Shown here piece after piece: positions 8,717-18,489 of a stretch of DNA of 64,000 nucleotides (position 1 is its first letter; every line of letters begins with the position of its first letter). Under the pieces are notes generated by a model. The model worked only from the letters and a program-made list of their open reading frames with translations. It searched no databases and was not told the origin of the DNA. Both the position numbers and the translations under genes were made by a program. The stretch comes from Bdellovibrionales bacterium (lineage in GTDB: Archaea > Nanobdellota > Nanobdellia > Woesearchaeales > UBA583). The stretch is from NCBI GenBank assembly GCA_964217375.1, contig CAXPJQ010000059.1, positions 11,208 through 75,207 of the forward strand. The letters run 5' to 3'.

Positions 8717-10660
8717 TTATTTAATTCCAAATTCTTTTTTAATTTGATCTCTAATTTTTTTATGTTTTGGTTTCCAATCTAAAATATTTTCTAAAACTTC
8801 TCCAAAGTTTGTAACAGGAATAATTTTAATTGATTTTTTAATTTCATCTGAAATTACTAAATCCTGCATATTAGAGTGTGGAACTAAAACTGTTTTAATT
8901 CCAGATTCATGAGCTCCTTCAATTTTTGCTGAAACACCTCCAATTGGTAAAACTTCCCCTCTAATTGATAATGAACCTGTCATTGCAGTATCTTGTTTTA
9001 AACCTATATCTTTTAGGGCTGAAACAATACAAGATGCAATTGCAATTGATGCAGAATCCCCTTCAACTCCTGAATGAGTTTGAATAAATTGGATATATAC
9101 GCTATAATCTTTTGCTAAATCCTCATTAAACATTTTTTTAATTAATGCGGAGATATTAGTAACACTCTCTTTTGCAATTTCTCCTAATTTTCCTGTTGCA
9201 ATAAATTGAGCTGAACCTTTTCCACCTTTAACTACTTCAGCTTCAATTGGCATAACCATTCCTGCATATGGTGGAGTTGATCCAATTACTGCTAAACCAT
9301 TAACTTTTCCAACTTCAACCCCTTTAGTATTAATAATTGAATATTGTTTTTTAGTTTCAATATACTTTGAAATCATTTGACCCTCAACTGATTTTACTTT
9401 ACTAAATGCCTCAAGTACATCACTCTCCTCAACAATATTTTTTCCAGCTCTTGATGCTATATCTCCAGCAGCTCTCACAATTCCTCCTAATTCCCTAAAT
9501 CTTGTAGTTAATTTATTTCCTTTATCTGCTCTTCTTTTAGCATCTAAAACAATTCTCTCACAAGCATCTGCTGTAAAGTGAGGTATTTTTGCATCTGATT
9601 TTACTTCTTGGGCAATAAATTGAATAACTTTCTTTCTATTCTCAACATTATCATCCATTGTATCATTCATATAAATCTCATACCCATACCCTCTAATTCT
9701 AGATCTAAGGGCAGGATGCATATGATTTAGAGTATCTAAATTTCCTGCTGCAACTAAAATGAAATCTGTTGGTGCTGGAGTTGATCTAACCATTGCCCCA
9801 GCAGATCTCTCTGATCTCCCAGTAATTGGCATTTGTTTCTCTTGAAGTGCAGTTAATAATTCTTGTTGCATTTCAGGTTTTAGAGTTGCAATCTCATCAA
9901 TAAATAAAACTCCACCATTGGATTTATGAATCATTCCAGGTACAATTCTTTGATGAGCTGGAGTTCCTAAACCTCCAGATTGGAAAGGATCATGTAAAAC
10001 ATCTCCAAGTAATGCTCCCTCATGAGCTCCTGAGGCATCCTCAAAAATCATTTTTTTATTTGAGTTATCAACAAATAATTTAGGTGCAGATGAATCATTT
10101 CCACCCATACCTCCCATTCTTTTTGACATTGATGATGAAAGTGAAAGAGCAATTATAATTGCAAAAAATAAAATAACTGTTGAAACTATTTCTGCTGCAT
10201 ATATTGTATCAAAAACTTCAGCCCCTCTACTTTGCCATCTAAAATAATTCCATATAGATAAAGCAAATATAATTAAAATCATAAATATCATTCCAGCCCC
10301 TTGCCCTTTACCTACATTTTTAATCATTAAAGATTTAGATTTATCAACTATTTTTTGTCCATCTCCAGCCTTAGTAATTTTAATGATTGGATTATTTTCA
10401 TCTTTTTCATTTGGATATGCAAGCATGTCAACTGCATTTTTAGTTGATAAAATTTCAGCTAAAGCTTTACCAAGCATTGATTTTCCAACACCAGGCTCTC
10501 CAAGTAATAAAACATGTCTTCTCTGATCAGCTGCCTTTCTAATAATTTCTAATGCTTCATCTTGTCCAATTACTTTATCAATAATTTTAGATTCAACGTT
10601 AATTTCCGATGTATCTTTAAAATTAAGATATTCTTTAGAATCCTCATTTTTTTTAGCCAT
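8717..10660 (-). CDS. lon: archaeal membrane-bound ATP-dependent Lon protease (LonB)
   Basis: Walker A 'LLGEPGVGKSMLGKAL'. Two TM helices are inserted in the AAA+ domain ('GMIFMILIIFALSIW', 'IVSTVILFFAIIIAL'). The Lon proteolytic domain carries the Ser-Lys dyad context 'GDSASIAIASCIVSAL'. Length 647 aa. Confidence 0.9.
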   Translation of the reverse strand: MAKKNEDSKEYLNFKDTSEINVESKIIDKVIGQDEALEIIRKAADQRRHVLLLGEPGVGKSMLGKALAEILSTKNAVDMLAYPNEKDENNPIIKITKAGDGQKIVDKSKSLMIKNVGKGQGAGMIFMILIIFALSIWNYFRWQSRGAEVFDTIYAAEIVSTVILFFAIIIALSLSSSMSKRMGGMGGNDSSAPKLFVDNSNKKMIFEDASGAHEGALLGDVLHDPFQSGGLGTPAHQRIVPGMIHKSNGGVLFIDEIATLKPEMQQELLTALQEKQMPITGRSERSAGAMVRSTPAPTDFILVAAGNLDTLNHMHPALRSRIRGYGYEIYMNDTMDDNVENRKKVIQFIAQEVKSDAKIPHFTADACERIVLDAKRRADKGNKLTTRFRELGGIVRAAGDIASRAGKNIVEESDVLEAFSKVKSVEGQMISKYIETKKQYSIINTKGVEVGKVNGLAVIGSTPPYAGMVMPIEAEVVKGGKGSAQFIATGKLGEIAKESVTNISALIKKMFNEDLAKDYSVYIQFIQTHSGVEGDSASIAIASCIVSALKDIGLKQDTAMTGSLSIRGEVLPIGGVSAKIEGAHESGIKTVLVPHSNMQDLVISDEIKKSIKIIPVTNFGEVLENILDWKPKHKKIRDQIKKEFGIK

Positions 10661-10707
10661 TATAGTATATAATAATAATTTTAATGTTTTTAAAGATTAG
10701 CTTTACT

Positions 10708-11064
10708 CTAAAATAACAAATCTAAAATTTGGATAATATTCATTGAAATTATGCTCTCATTAAACTCAATTAAATCAAATAAAGAATAAATTAGTTTATA
10801 ATTATTTGAATCAAGCCAAAAAGTATTATATTCAAAATCAATTATTTTTTGATTTGATAAAGAAAGTTTTGAATAAATTAATTTTGTATCCTCAGTTACT
10901 ATAAACTCACCAAAAGATAAATCATTTTTTAAAAAATAAAAATCTATTTTTTTTGGTAAAGTTGAATTAAAACCAATAATTGCAATATTTTTTATTTCAT
11001 CTTTTTCAACAAAAACAACTATATCTCTACTCTCAAAATTAAATAAAAACCCTAAAAATCCCAT
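10708..11064 (-). CDS. hypothetical protein
   Basis: 118-aa ORF with no motifs. Confidence 0.3.
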   Translation of the reverse strand: MGFLGFLFNFESRDIVVFVEKDEIKNIAIIGFNSTLPKKIDFYFLKNDLSFGEFIVTEDTKLIYSKLSLSNQKIIDFEYNTFWLDSNNYKLIYSLFDLIEFNESIISMNIIQILDLLF

Positions 11065-11069
11065 TTTAA

Positions 11070-11657
11070 TTATAAGTTATCTAATTCATAATTTAAAATT
11101 GTAATAGCTTGAGACGTTAGATACATTTGATTTCCAAGCGAGAGTCTAGTTGTATTTTTTTTTAAAAATTTTCTCGTTTGCTTATCAAAACCCTCATGAT
11201 CTCCTAAAACAAATAAAGGATGTTCTAATTCATTTTTTTTATTTTCAATAATTTCTTTTATATGTAAACCATTTGCATCTAACATAAATACTCCTGTAAT
11301 TTTAGATTCTAACTCTGCAAGTACTTCATCAATTTTCATATTATCAACAAATACTCCTGGATGTACTTCTCTTCTCTCCCCTTCCTTACATTTCCTTAAA
11401 CATATCTCAATTAATTTTTTCATATCTTTTTTAGAAATTGTATTCTCAGAGTTATATTCAATTGATATGTGTCTTGGTGCCTTTGGAGGGCCCATTAAAA
11501 TTAAATGTAGTTTTACATCTTCTCTCATTGTATTTGATGCAAATAAAGAAGATACTATTGAATGTAATAAAATGTCAATTCTCCCTGCACTTTTTAAATC
11601 TTTAATAATTGGAGCAGTTGAAGCTGTTGCAGAATAAACAAGAAATTCCCTTACCAT
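11070..11657 (-). CDS. trmY: tRNA (pseudouridine54-N1)-methyltransferase TrmY-like SPOUT protein (COG1901/DUF358)
   Basis: 'GRIDILLHSIVSSLFASNTMREDVKLHLILMGPPKAPRHISI' parallels the TrmY 'GRLDLLCR…S.R.D..F.LVL.GPP.PP..I' block. Size is about 195 aa. Confidence 0.55.
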   Translation of the reverse strand: MVREFLVYSATASTAPIIKDLKSAGRIDILLHSIVSSLFASNTMREDVKLHLILMGPPKAPRHISIEYNSENTISKKDMKKLIEICLRKCKEGERREVHPGVFVDNMKIDEVLAELESKITGVFMLDANGLHIKEIIENKKNELEHPLFVLGDHEGFDKQTRKFLKKNTTRLSLGNQMYLTSQAITILNYELDNL

Positions 11658-11713
11658 AACTAAGATAAAATAACGAGTTTTATAAATTATTCTAAACTCT
11701 TATTTAATAGATA

Positions 11714-12706
11714 ATGGGAAAAAAATCAAAAGTTAATTTAAAAGATTTACCTCTAAGAGAACAAATCAAACCAATTTTTAAAGAAAGGTTTAAGGAATTA
11801 CTTGGTGAAATTGAATATGAAAAATTTGAAAATTGTATTTTAGATCCTCAAAGAAAATCATTTAGAATTAATACATATAAAGTTAAAGATACTACAAAAT
11901 TCGTTGAAAATTTAAGATCTAAAGGTTTAGATATAACTGAAGTTCCTTGGTCTAAAAATGCATTTTTTTTAAATTTTGATAAAGAAAAAAGATCAGATCT
12001 TGGAAATTTATTTGAACATTTTCTTGGTGAAATATATGTTCAGGAAGCAACATCTATGACTCCTCCTGAAGTTTTAGAAATTCCTGAAGAAATAGATAAT
12101 AATTTTAAAGTTCTTGATATGTGTTCAGCACCTGGTTCAAAAACTACTCAAATTGCTGCAATGATGAAAAATAAAGGACTTCTTGTTGCAAATGAACTTG
12201 ATTATAAAAGATTAGGTCCTCTAAAAATTAATTTAGAAAGATCAGGTTTTTCAAATATTGTAATTATTAATAATGATGGTGCAAGAATTGATGGTGTTGA
12301 AATTTATGATAGAATTTGTTTAGATGCTCCCTGTTCAGGATCAGGAGTAATTAGAAAATCTCCTGGAACTCTTAGAGCATATAACCCTAAAAAATTAAAA
12401 GGTATTCAAAACATTCAATTAAGACTTGCAAAAAGAGCATTTGAGTTATTAAAAAAAGGTGGAATTATGACATATTCTACATGTTCAATTGATCCTGAAG
12501 AAAATGAAATTTTAATTAAAAGATTCTTAGAAGAAGTTCCTGAAGCTAAATTAGTTGAATGTAAATTAAATGGAATTATTTTAAATAATAAAGTTAAAGA
12601 ATTTAGAGGAGAAATTATCCCTGAAGAAATTACTCAAAAAACAATTAGAATTTGGCCTCAAGATAATGATACAAATGGATTTTATTTAGCTAAAATTGTT
12701 AAATAA
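11714..12706 (+). CDS. RNA (cytosine-C5)-methyltransferase, NOL1/NOP2/Sun family
   Basis: Motif I 'LDMCSAPGSKTTQIAAMM', motif IV 'DRICLDAPCSGSGVIRKSP' with the catalytic PC, and motif VI 'TYSTCSIDPEENE' with the TC Cys. Confidence 0.8.
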   Translation: MGKKSKVNLKDLPLREQIKPIFKERFKELLGEIEYEKFENCILDPQRKSFRINTYKVKDTTKFVENLRSKGLDITEVPWSKNAFFLNFDKEKRSDLGNLFEHFLGEIYVQEATSMTPPEVLEIPEEIDNNFKVLDMCSAPGSKTTQIAAMMKNKGLLVANELDYKRLGPLKINLERSGFSNIVIINNDGARIDGVEIYDRICLDAPCSGSGVIRKSPGTLRAYNPKKLKGIQNIQLRLAKRAFELLKKGGIMTYSTCSIDPEENEILIKRFLEEVPEAKLVECKLNGIILNNKVKEFRGEIIPEEITQKTIRIWPQDNDTNGFYLAKIVK

Positions 12707-12707
12707 A

Positions 12708-12923
12708 TTAACTCAATCCACTAAATACATCTTTTGTTTTTTCTCCTGAAGATTCAAATTCTCCAGTAATAATTGAAATTAAATAAAGTAAAACTAAAAG
12801 TGCAACTAATGCAATTATAATTTTTCCCATATTTGATAGTGCTAAATCTCCTTTTTTATTTTTAAAAAAGGTAACCAAGAATCTTTGATTATTGAGATCT
12901 CCTTTTTGATTTCTAATTAACAT
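12708..12923 (-). CDS. small hypothetical membrane protein
   Basis: 71 aa with a single hydrophobic helix. Confidence 0.25.
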   Translation of the reverse strand: MLIRNQKGDLNNQRFLVTFFKNKKGDLALSNMGKIIIALVALLVLLYLISIITGEFESSGEKTKDVFSGLS

Positions 12924-12924
12924 T

Positions 12925-13776
12925 TTACATCACATAAATACTAAATTTCCCTTTAGAAATTTCTTTTTTAAAATCTTTTACTTCAACCCCACTTTGAGCA
13001 ATTATAAATTTATCTGAAACTAATTTAAAACCTTCCTTTTTAGACATCACTGAAGTAAATATTTCCATTAAAAATCCCATATCAAAATTTCCATCTAATT
13101 TAAATTCATTTGATTTAGAAGATATTATCTGGTTAACATAACTTCCTTTTAATTCTTTTTTTAAATTTTCAATTTCTTTTTTTTGATCTTTCCATTCATT
13201 AAAAAATTTATCTGCAGTTTTTTCAAGTTGGGAATCTTGAACACTAAAAATTGTTTTTGTTTTATTTAAAATTTCTTGTTTTTCTTCAATAAACTTTTGA
13301 GCAAATTCTCTTACTACATACTTTAATCTAATTACTCCATCTTGAATTTTTGAAGATTCTACTATTTTAATTAAACCAATTCCTCCAGTAGATTCCATGT
13401 GAATTCCACCACATGCTTCAATATCATTATCCATAACATGAATTACTCTTAGAGTTTTCATAGGAATTGCTCCTCCTTGATATAAAATAAATCCATGTTT
13501 TTTTTCAGCCTCAGTCCTATCTAATTCCTCAATACTTACTTTTTTATTTGAAAAAACAACTTCATTTGCTTTTTTTTCAATTTCGAAAATTTGTTGTTGA
13601 GTTAATTGATCATAATGAGTAATATCTAAACTTCCCTCCTCAGGTTTTAAATTAGAACCATTTTGCCAAACGTGATTTCCTAAAACTTCTCTTGCACAAA
13701 AATTAATAATATGGGTTGCAGTATGTAATCTCCTTAACTGCTCTCGTCTATTCATATCAACTGATATTTTTACCAT
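12925..13776 (-). CDS. alaX: AlaX-type editing-domain protein (Ala-tRNA synthetase editing domain homolog, tRNA_SAD)
   Basis: Zinc-binding motifs 'HTATHII' and 'CGGIHMESTG', diagnostic of the AlaRS/ThrRS editing domain. It is a standalone 283-aa protein. Confidence 0.6.
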   Translation of the reverse strand: MVKISVDMNRREQLRRLHTATHIINFCAREVLGNHVWQNGSNLKPEEGSLDITHYDQLTQQQIFEIEKKANEVVFSNKKVSIEELDRTEAEKKHGFILYQGGAIPMKTLRVIHVMDNDIEACGGIHMESTGGIGLIKIVESSKIQDGVIRLKYVVREFAQKFIEEKQEILNKTKTIFSVQDSQLEKTADKFFNEWKDQKKEIENLKKELKGSYVNQIISSKSNEFKLDGNFDMGFLMEIFTSVMSKKEGFKLVSDKFIIAQSGVEVKDFKKEISKGKFSIYVM

Positions 13777-13827
13777 AACTTAAACTATAATTGATACTTT
13801 ATAAAGTTATTTTTAAAAAGAAAAAAA

Positions 13828-14082
13828 TTATTTTAAAATCAAACCTATAATTAAAAAAATCATTCCATAAATTAAGTAATTCCAACCTCCATCTAAAATT
13901 GGAAAAAATGTAGCAGTTAACTCAACAATTGCAATTGAAATAAAAACAACTGCTAAAACAAATGCAAGAGACATCTCAGTAAATCTAACTACTTTTTTAG
14001 TAACTTTTTCTTTTACATATTCTCCTGCCATATCACAAATTTCTTCTTCAAATAATCCAAAAAGACCTTTTTTTCTTGCCAT
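13828..14082 (-). CDS. small hypothetical membrane protein (2 TM)
   Basis: 84 aa with two hydrophobic helices. Confidence 0.25.
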   Translation of the reverse strand: MARKKGLFGLFEEEICDMAGEYVKEKVTKKVVRFTEMSLAFVLAVVFISIAIVELTATFFPILDGGWNYLIYGMIFLIIGLILK

Positions 14083-14116
14083 AACATTTATAACTTAATT
14101 TAAAATATATAAAGTT

Positions 14117-14707
14117 ATGGAGAAACTAAGTGAGGGTGCAGAATCAATTATTGAAATTATAGATCAAAAAACTCTACAAAAAACAAGACTACCCAAAACT
14201 TATAGAAATAGTGAACTTGATTTAAAGTTAAGAAAATTTAGAACAAAAAGAGAATTTAAAATTTTAAATAAACTAAAAGAAAATAACGTTAATGTCCCAA
14301 AAACAAATGATATTAATTTAGATAATACTTCATTTACTTTTGAATATTTAAATGGTAAAATCTTAAAAGAATCTCTCTCAAAAGAACTTTTAATTAAAAC
14401 AATTAAAGAAATTGCTAAAATGCATAAATTTGGAGTAACTCATGGAGATTTAACTACATTAAACATGTTAAATGTTGATAATGAAGTATATATTATTGAT
14501 TTTGGTCTCTCAGAATTTAGTGAAAATATTGAAGAGCGAGGTGTTGATTTAAACTTATTTTTTTTATGCATAGAAAATGAACATAATGAATTTTTCCATA
14601 TGAAATCAGAGCTCATTGAAATATATAAAAACGAAATTGAAAATGGAGTAGAAGTTATTAAAAGACTTGAAAATATTGAAAAAAGAGGAAGAAACAAAAA
14701 TAAATAA
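14117..14707 (+). CDS. bud32: Bud32/PRPK-type atypical protein kinase (KEOPS complex subunit)
   Basis: About 196 aa, the minimal RIO/Bud32 size. Catalytic loop 'HGDLTTLNML' and metal-binding 'IIDFGLSEF'. Confidence 0.65.
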   Translation: MEKLSEGAESIIEIIDQKTLQKTRLPKTYRNSELDLKLRKFRTKREFKILNKLKENNVNVPKTNDINLDNTSFTFEYLNGKILKESLSKELLIKTIKEIAKMHKFGVTHGDLTTLNMLNVDNEVYIIDFGLSEFSENIEERGVDLNLFFLCIENEHNEFFHMKSELIEIYKNEIENGVEVIKRLENIEKRGRNKNK

Positions 14708-14732
14708 ATTATTTTTGAAATTAATAATAAAA

Positions 14733-15713
14733 TTAAATTAATCTAAGTATTGCTCTTGCTAATTTTTTAGGGCTATGTCTAACTAATTTATCTTCATCAA
14801 TAAAATTTCCCTTAATTATATTTACTTTTTTCAAATTATTCATATCAAGGGGTATTGGATGTTTATCTTCTTTTCTATATTCAGCTAAAGCAGTAGAAGT
14901 TGGAATATGTGAATTTGCAATAATATGAGTCAAATTGGATTTCAAATATTTTTCAAGTTCCCCTTTAAAATCAGATACACAAAAGTTATCTGTTTCTCCT
15001 GGTTTTGACATCACCGAACTAATTAAAACTTTTTTTGAATTTTTATTTGATTTTATTGCATCTTGAATATCTTTAAATAAAATATTTGGAAGAATTGAAG
15101 TATATAAATCTCCTGGGCCAAAAACAATTACATCTGCTTCTTTTAATGATTTAATTGCAGAAAAATTTGCCTTTGTTCTTTTTTTCAAATAAATTTTATC
15201 AATAATTTTATTTTTAGTTGTATCAATTATACTCTCTCCTTCTAAAATATCACCATTATCAAGTTTTGCCATTAAAGTATTATCACTTAATGAAACTGGA
15301 ATTACTTTTCCTTTTATTTTTAAAATTTTTGAAGCAACTTTAACTGCACTCTCAAAATTACCAGTAATATCACATAATGCTGTTAATAATAAATTTCCAA
15401 AGTTATGATTTGATAAATTATTATCAAACCTATATTGAAACAAAGCTCCAATATTTTCAACCTCATCACTTAAAGCTACCATACAATTTCTAACATCCCC
15501 TGGCGGCAATATTCCATATTGTGTCCTTAAAACTCCAGAAGATCCTCCTGAATCCATTGTAGTTACAATTGCAGTAATATTATTTCTTGATTTTGCATAC
15601 TCTTTAAGTCCTGAGAGTAAAGAAAATTGACCAGTACCTCCTCCAATACAAACTATTTTTTTATTTTTAAGAGTTAATTTAGGTTTTTTCTTAGAATTAA
15701 AAAGTTTAAACAT
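14733..15713 (-). CDS. CofD/YvcK (UPF0052) family protein, gluconeogenesis-factor or LPPG-transferase-like
   Basis: N-terminal 'KIVCIGGGTGQFSLLSGLK' (GGGTG loop), typical of the CofD/YvcK family. 326 aa. Confidence 0.65.
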   Translation of the reverse strand: MFKLFNSKKKPKLTLKNKKIVCIGGGTGQFSLLSGLKEYAKSRNNITAIVTTMDSGGSSGVLRTQYGILPPGDVRNCMVALSDEVENIGALFQYRFDNNLSNHNFGNLLLTALCDITGNFESAVKVASKILKIKGKVIPVSLSDNTLMAKLDNGDILEGESIIDTTKNKIIDKIYLKKRTKANFSAIKSLKEADVIVFGPGDLYTSILPNILFKDIQDAIKSNKNSKKVLISSVMSKPGETDNFCVSDFKGELEKYLKSNLTHIIANSHIPTSTALAEYRKEDKHPIPLDMNNLKKVNIIKGNFIDEDKLVRHSPKKLARAILRLI

Positions 15714-15785
15714 AATTATAACTATTGAGTTATAAATATAAATTTTTTGTAAAAATAAATCATTAAAATTAATTAAAAAATGAAA

Positions 15786-16529
15786 TTATTTCATTTTTTT
15801 CATAAATTCTCCAAATTCCATTGGAAAGAAAATAAATTTAGTTGACGCATCTCCTGAGATATCATTAATTGTTTGTAAATTTCTTAACTGCATTGCACCA
15901 GGTGATTTTGCTAAAGTTAATGAAGCTTTTGCTAAGTTTTGTGAAGCAATTACTTCTCCCTCAGATTTAATAATAATTCCTCTTTTTTCCCTCTCAGCTT
16001 CTGCTTCTCTTGCCATCATTCTTTGCATTGATGATGGTAATTCTACGTGTTTTAATTCAACTCTATCAACTTTGATACCCCACTGATCAGAACCTGCATC
16101 AATGATTTTTTTAATTTTAGTTGAAATTGCATCTCTATTTGCTAAAAGTTCATCTAAAGTAACTTCTCCAATTACATCTCTCATTGTAGTTTGAGATAAT
16201 TGTGAAATTGCATAATAAAAATCTTCAACATCAAGAATTGATTTTTTAACATCAAAAACATAATAATAAGAAACTGCATCAACATTAACTGAAACATTAT
16301 CTTTAGTAATACAATCTTGTTTAGGAACATCAACTGTTTTAACCCTAATATCTACTCTCTCATATGATTGAAAAATTGGAATTACAATATTTAACCCTGG
16401 ACCCATATCACTTGAGTATCTACCTAAAGTAAATTTTAATCCTCTTTCATATTCCATAATCTGTTTAATTCCTGATAATACAAAAATAATTACAAGAACT
16501 ACAATAACAATAATAAACTCTGAAGCCAT
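15786..16529 (-). CDS. SPFH/band-7 (stomatin/prohibitin) family membrane protein
   Basis: N-terminal TM followed by 'EYERGLKFTLGRY…GPGLNIVIPIFQSYERVDIRV', and a C-terminal coiled coil 'AREAEAEREKRG'. Confidence 0.75.
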   Translation of the reverse strand: MASEFIIVIVVLVIIFVLSGIKQIMEYERGLKFTLGRYSSDMGPGLNIVIPIFQSYERVDIRVKTVDVPKQDCITKDNVSVNVDAVSYYYVFDVKKSILDVEDFYYAISQLSQTTMRDVIGEVTLDELLANRDAISTKIKKIIDAGSDQWGIKVDRVELKHVELPSSMQRMMAREAEAEREKRGIIIKSEGEVIASQNLAKASLTLAKSPGAMQLRNLQTINDISGDASTKFIFFPMEFGEFMKKMK

Positions 16530-16567
16530 TTTTTAAAAATTAAGTAAAATAAAAATTAAATTAGAAC

Positions 16568-17641
16568 TTAATAAACAGTTCTAATTCCTAAATCGTGAGA
16601 AACTCTCTCTGTATTTTGTTGTTTTTCCTCTTTTGTTTCATTTCCTAAAACATGAGGTGATTGAACTCCAGTCATAATACTCATAACTGTAACTCTTTTA
16701 GCATGTGACTCATCTACTCTAGCTCCCCAAATAACATTTGCATCTGCGTGAACTGATTGAGTAACTAATTGCCCTGCTCTATCAATTTCTTCTAAAGTCA
16801 TATCTGGACCTCCAGTAATATGAATTAAAGCACCTGTTGCTCCTTTATAATCAATTTCTAAAAGAGGGTTAGCTAAAGCTTCTTCTACAGCTTCTTCACA
16901 TCTTCTATTTGTATCTGAAGTTCCAATACCTACAGTTGCCACTCCTCCTGAGGACATAATTGCTTTAACATCAGCAAAGTCAAGGTTAACTAATGAAGGA
17001 ATAGCAATAATTTCAACAATACCTTTAATCATAACTGAAACTAATTCATTAGCTACAGCAAAAGCTTGTTGAACTGGAAGATTTCCTGCAATTTTAACTA
17101 ATCTATTGTTATCAATTACAACAACCGTATCTGAAACTGCTCTTAATTTTTGTAATCCAAATTCTGCTTTATCAATTCTTGCTCTCTCAATACTAAAAGG
17201 CATAGTTGTAACTCCAATTACAATAGCACCCATATCTTTTGCAACTTTTGCAACTACTGCAGCTGAACCTGTTCCAGTTCCTCCACCCATTCCTGCACAA
17301 ATAAAAACCATATCTGCTCCTTGAACAGCATCTTTAATTTCTTGAATTGATTCTTGAGCAGCTGCAGCTCCTTTTTCAGGCATTCCTCCAGCTCCCAATC
17401 CTCTAGTTACTTCCTTACCGATTAAAATTTTTTTATCTGCTGATTTTAATTTTAAATCTTGTAAGTCTGTGTTAACTGCAACAATGTCAGCTCCATCAAT
17501 TCCTTTTTGATGTAACCAATTAACCATATTTTGTCCTGCTCCTCCACAGCCTACAACTACCATTTTAGCTTGACCAACTTCATAATTGTCAAGCGCTTCT
17601 TCTCCCATATTTTGTAATGCGTCTTTTACTAAAAAGTCCAT
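16568..17641 (-). CDS. ftsZ: cell division GTPase FtsZ
   Basis: Tubulin signature 'GGGTGTGSAAVVAKVAK' and the N-terminal GTP-binding 'VVGCGGAGQN'. A TATA-like 'tttataaa' and 'gaggt' precede the ATG on the minus strand. Confidence 0.9.
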   Translation of the reverse strand: MDFLVKDALQNMGEEALDNYEVGQAKMVVVGCGGAGQNMVNWLHQKGIDGADIVAVNTDLQDLKLKSADKKILIGKEVTRGLGAGGMPEKGAAAAQESIQEIKDAVQGADMVFICAGMGGGTGTGSAAVVAKVAKDMGAIVIGVTTMPFSIERARIDKAEFGLQKLRAVSDTVVVIDNNRLVKIAGNLPVQQAFAVANELVSVMIKGIVEIIAIPSLVNLDFADVKAIMSSGGVATVGIGTSDTNRRCEEAVEEALANPLLEIDYKGATGALIHITGGPDMTLEEIDRAGQLVTQSVHADANVIWGARVDESHAKRVTVMSIMTGVQSPHVLGNETKEEKQQNTERVSHDLGIRTVY

Positions 17642-17815
17642 TTTTTTGACCTCAATTTTGATGATTTATAAATACAGCCCTAAATTATATTAAAATAATG
17701 TAGTTTCGCTTTATTATGTATAAAAAATAAAAAAAGAAGTATTAAAAGATTACTATTCACAACAAGATAGTAATAAGGGTGTGTTTTAATATTCACAAAA
17801 ACAATTTAATTCAAA

Positions 17816-18424
17816 TTAATCTTCTTTTTTTAAAGGAATATCATCATTTTTTTCATCTAAATTCTCAGTATTTTCTTCCAAATTTGGAATATCTTCTAAA
17901 AATGTTTGAATAGATTTATTTGCTTGATCTCTAAAATCTTCATCTTCGTCTAATTTAAAATAATCATAGAATTTTTTAGTTACTTTGTAATATTTTCCAA
18001 TTCCATTTTTTTCATATGATAAGAATTTGTTTCTATATAAATATTCAACTTCAGTTTTAACTGATTTTCCTAAAATCTCAGATAATCTTGTTTTAGTAAC
18101 TGGTTGTTCATATGCAATTACTGAGAGAACTCTTAATACATTTTGAGGTATTTCAGTCCCTGAAATTAAATCTGAAACTAAATCTGAAAAATCTGATTTA
18201 AGAGCCATTCTATATTTATTATCATCATTTTTTTCAATTGTAAAAGAAAATCCTTCTTTATATTTTTGTTCTAATTCCCCTAAAGCATTTTTAACCATCA
18301 TCTCAGAATCTACCATTAAAGTGTGAGCAATATCTTTAATTGAGAGCCAATCTCCAAAAGAAAATAAAAGTGCTTCAGTTTGAAGTCTTAAAAGTTCAAA
18401 TCCTTTGGAATCATCTTGTGTCAT
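17816..18424 (-). CDS. scpB: segregation and condensation protein B (ScpB)
   Basis: 'TEALLFSFGDWLSIKDIAHTL' matches the ScpB N-terminal wHTH (iEALLF…). The second wHTH 'LRVLSVIAYEQPVTKTRLSEILG' matches 'LAIIAYkQPITRaEIEeIRG'. Confidence 0.65.
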   Translation of the reverse strand: MTQDDSKGFELLRLQTEALLFSFGDWLSIKDIAHTLMVDSEMMVKNALGELEQKYKEGFSFTIEKNDDNKYRMALKSDFSDLVSDLISGTEIPQNVLRVLSVIAYEQPVTKTRLSEILGKSVKTEVEYLYRNKFLSYEKNGIGKYYKVTKKFYDYFKLDEDEDFRDQANKSIQTFLEDIPNLEENTENLDEKNDDIPLKKED

Positions 18425-18489
18425 AGAAGTAAATACAGAAAAATATTTTATAAACTTGTGTTACTTTAAGAAGTTAAAAAAATAAATGT

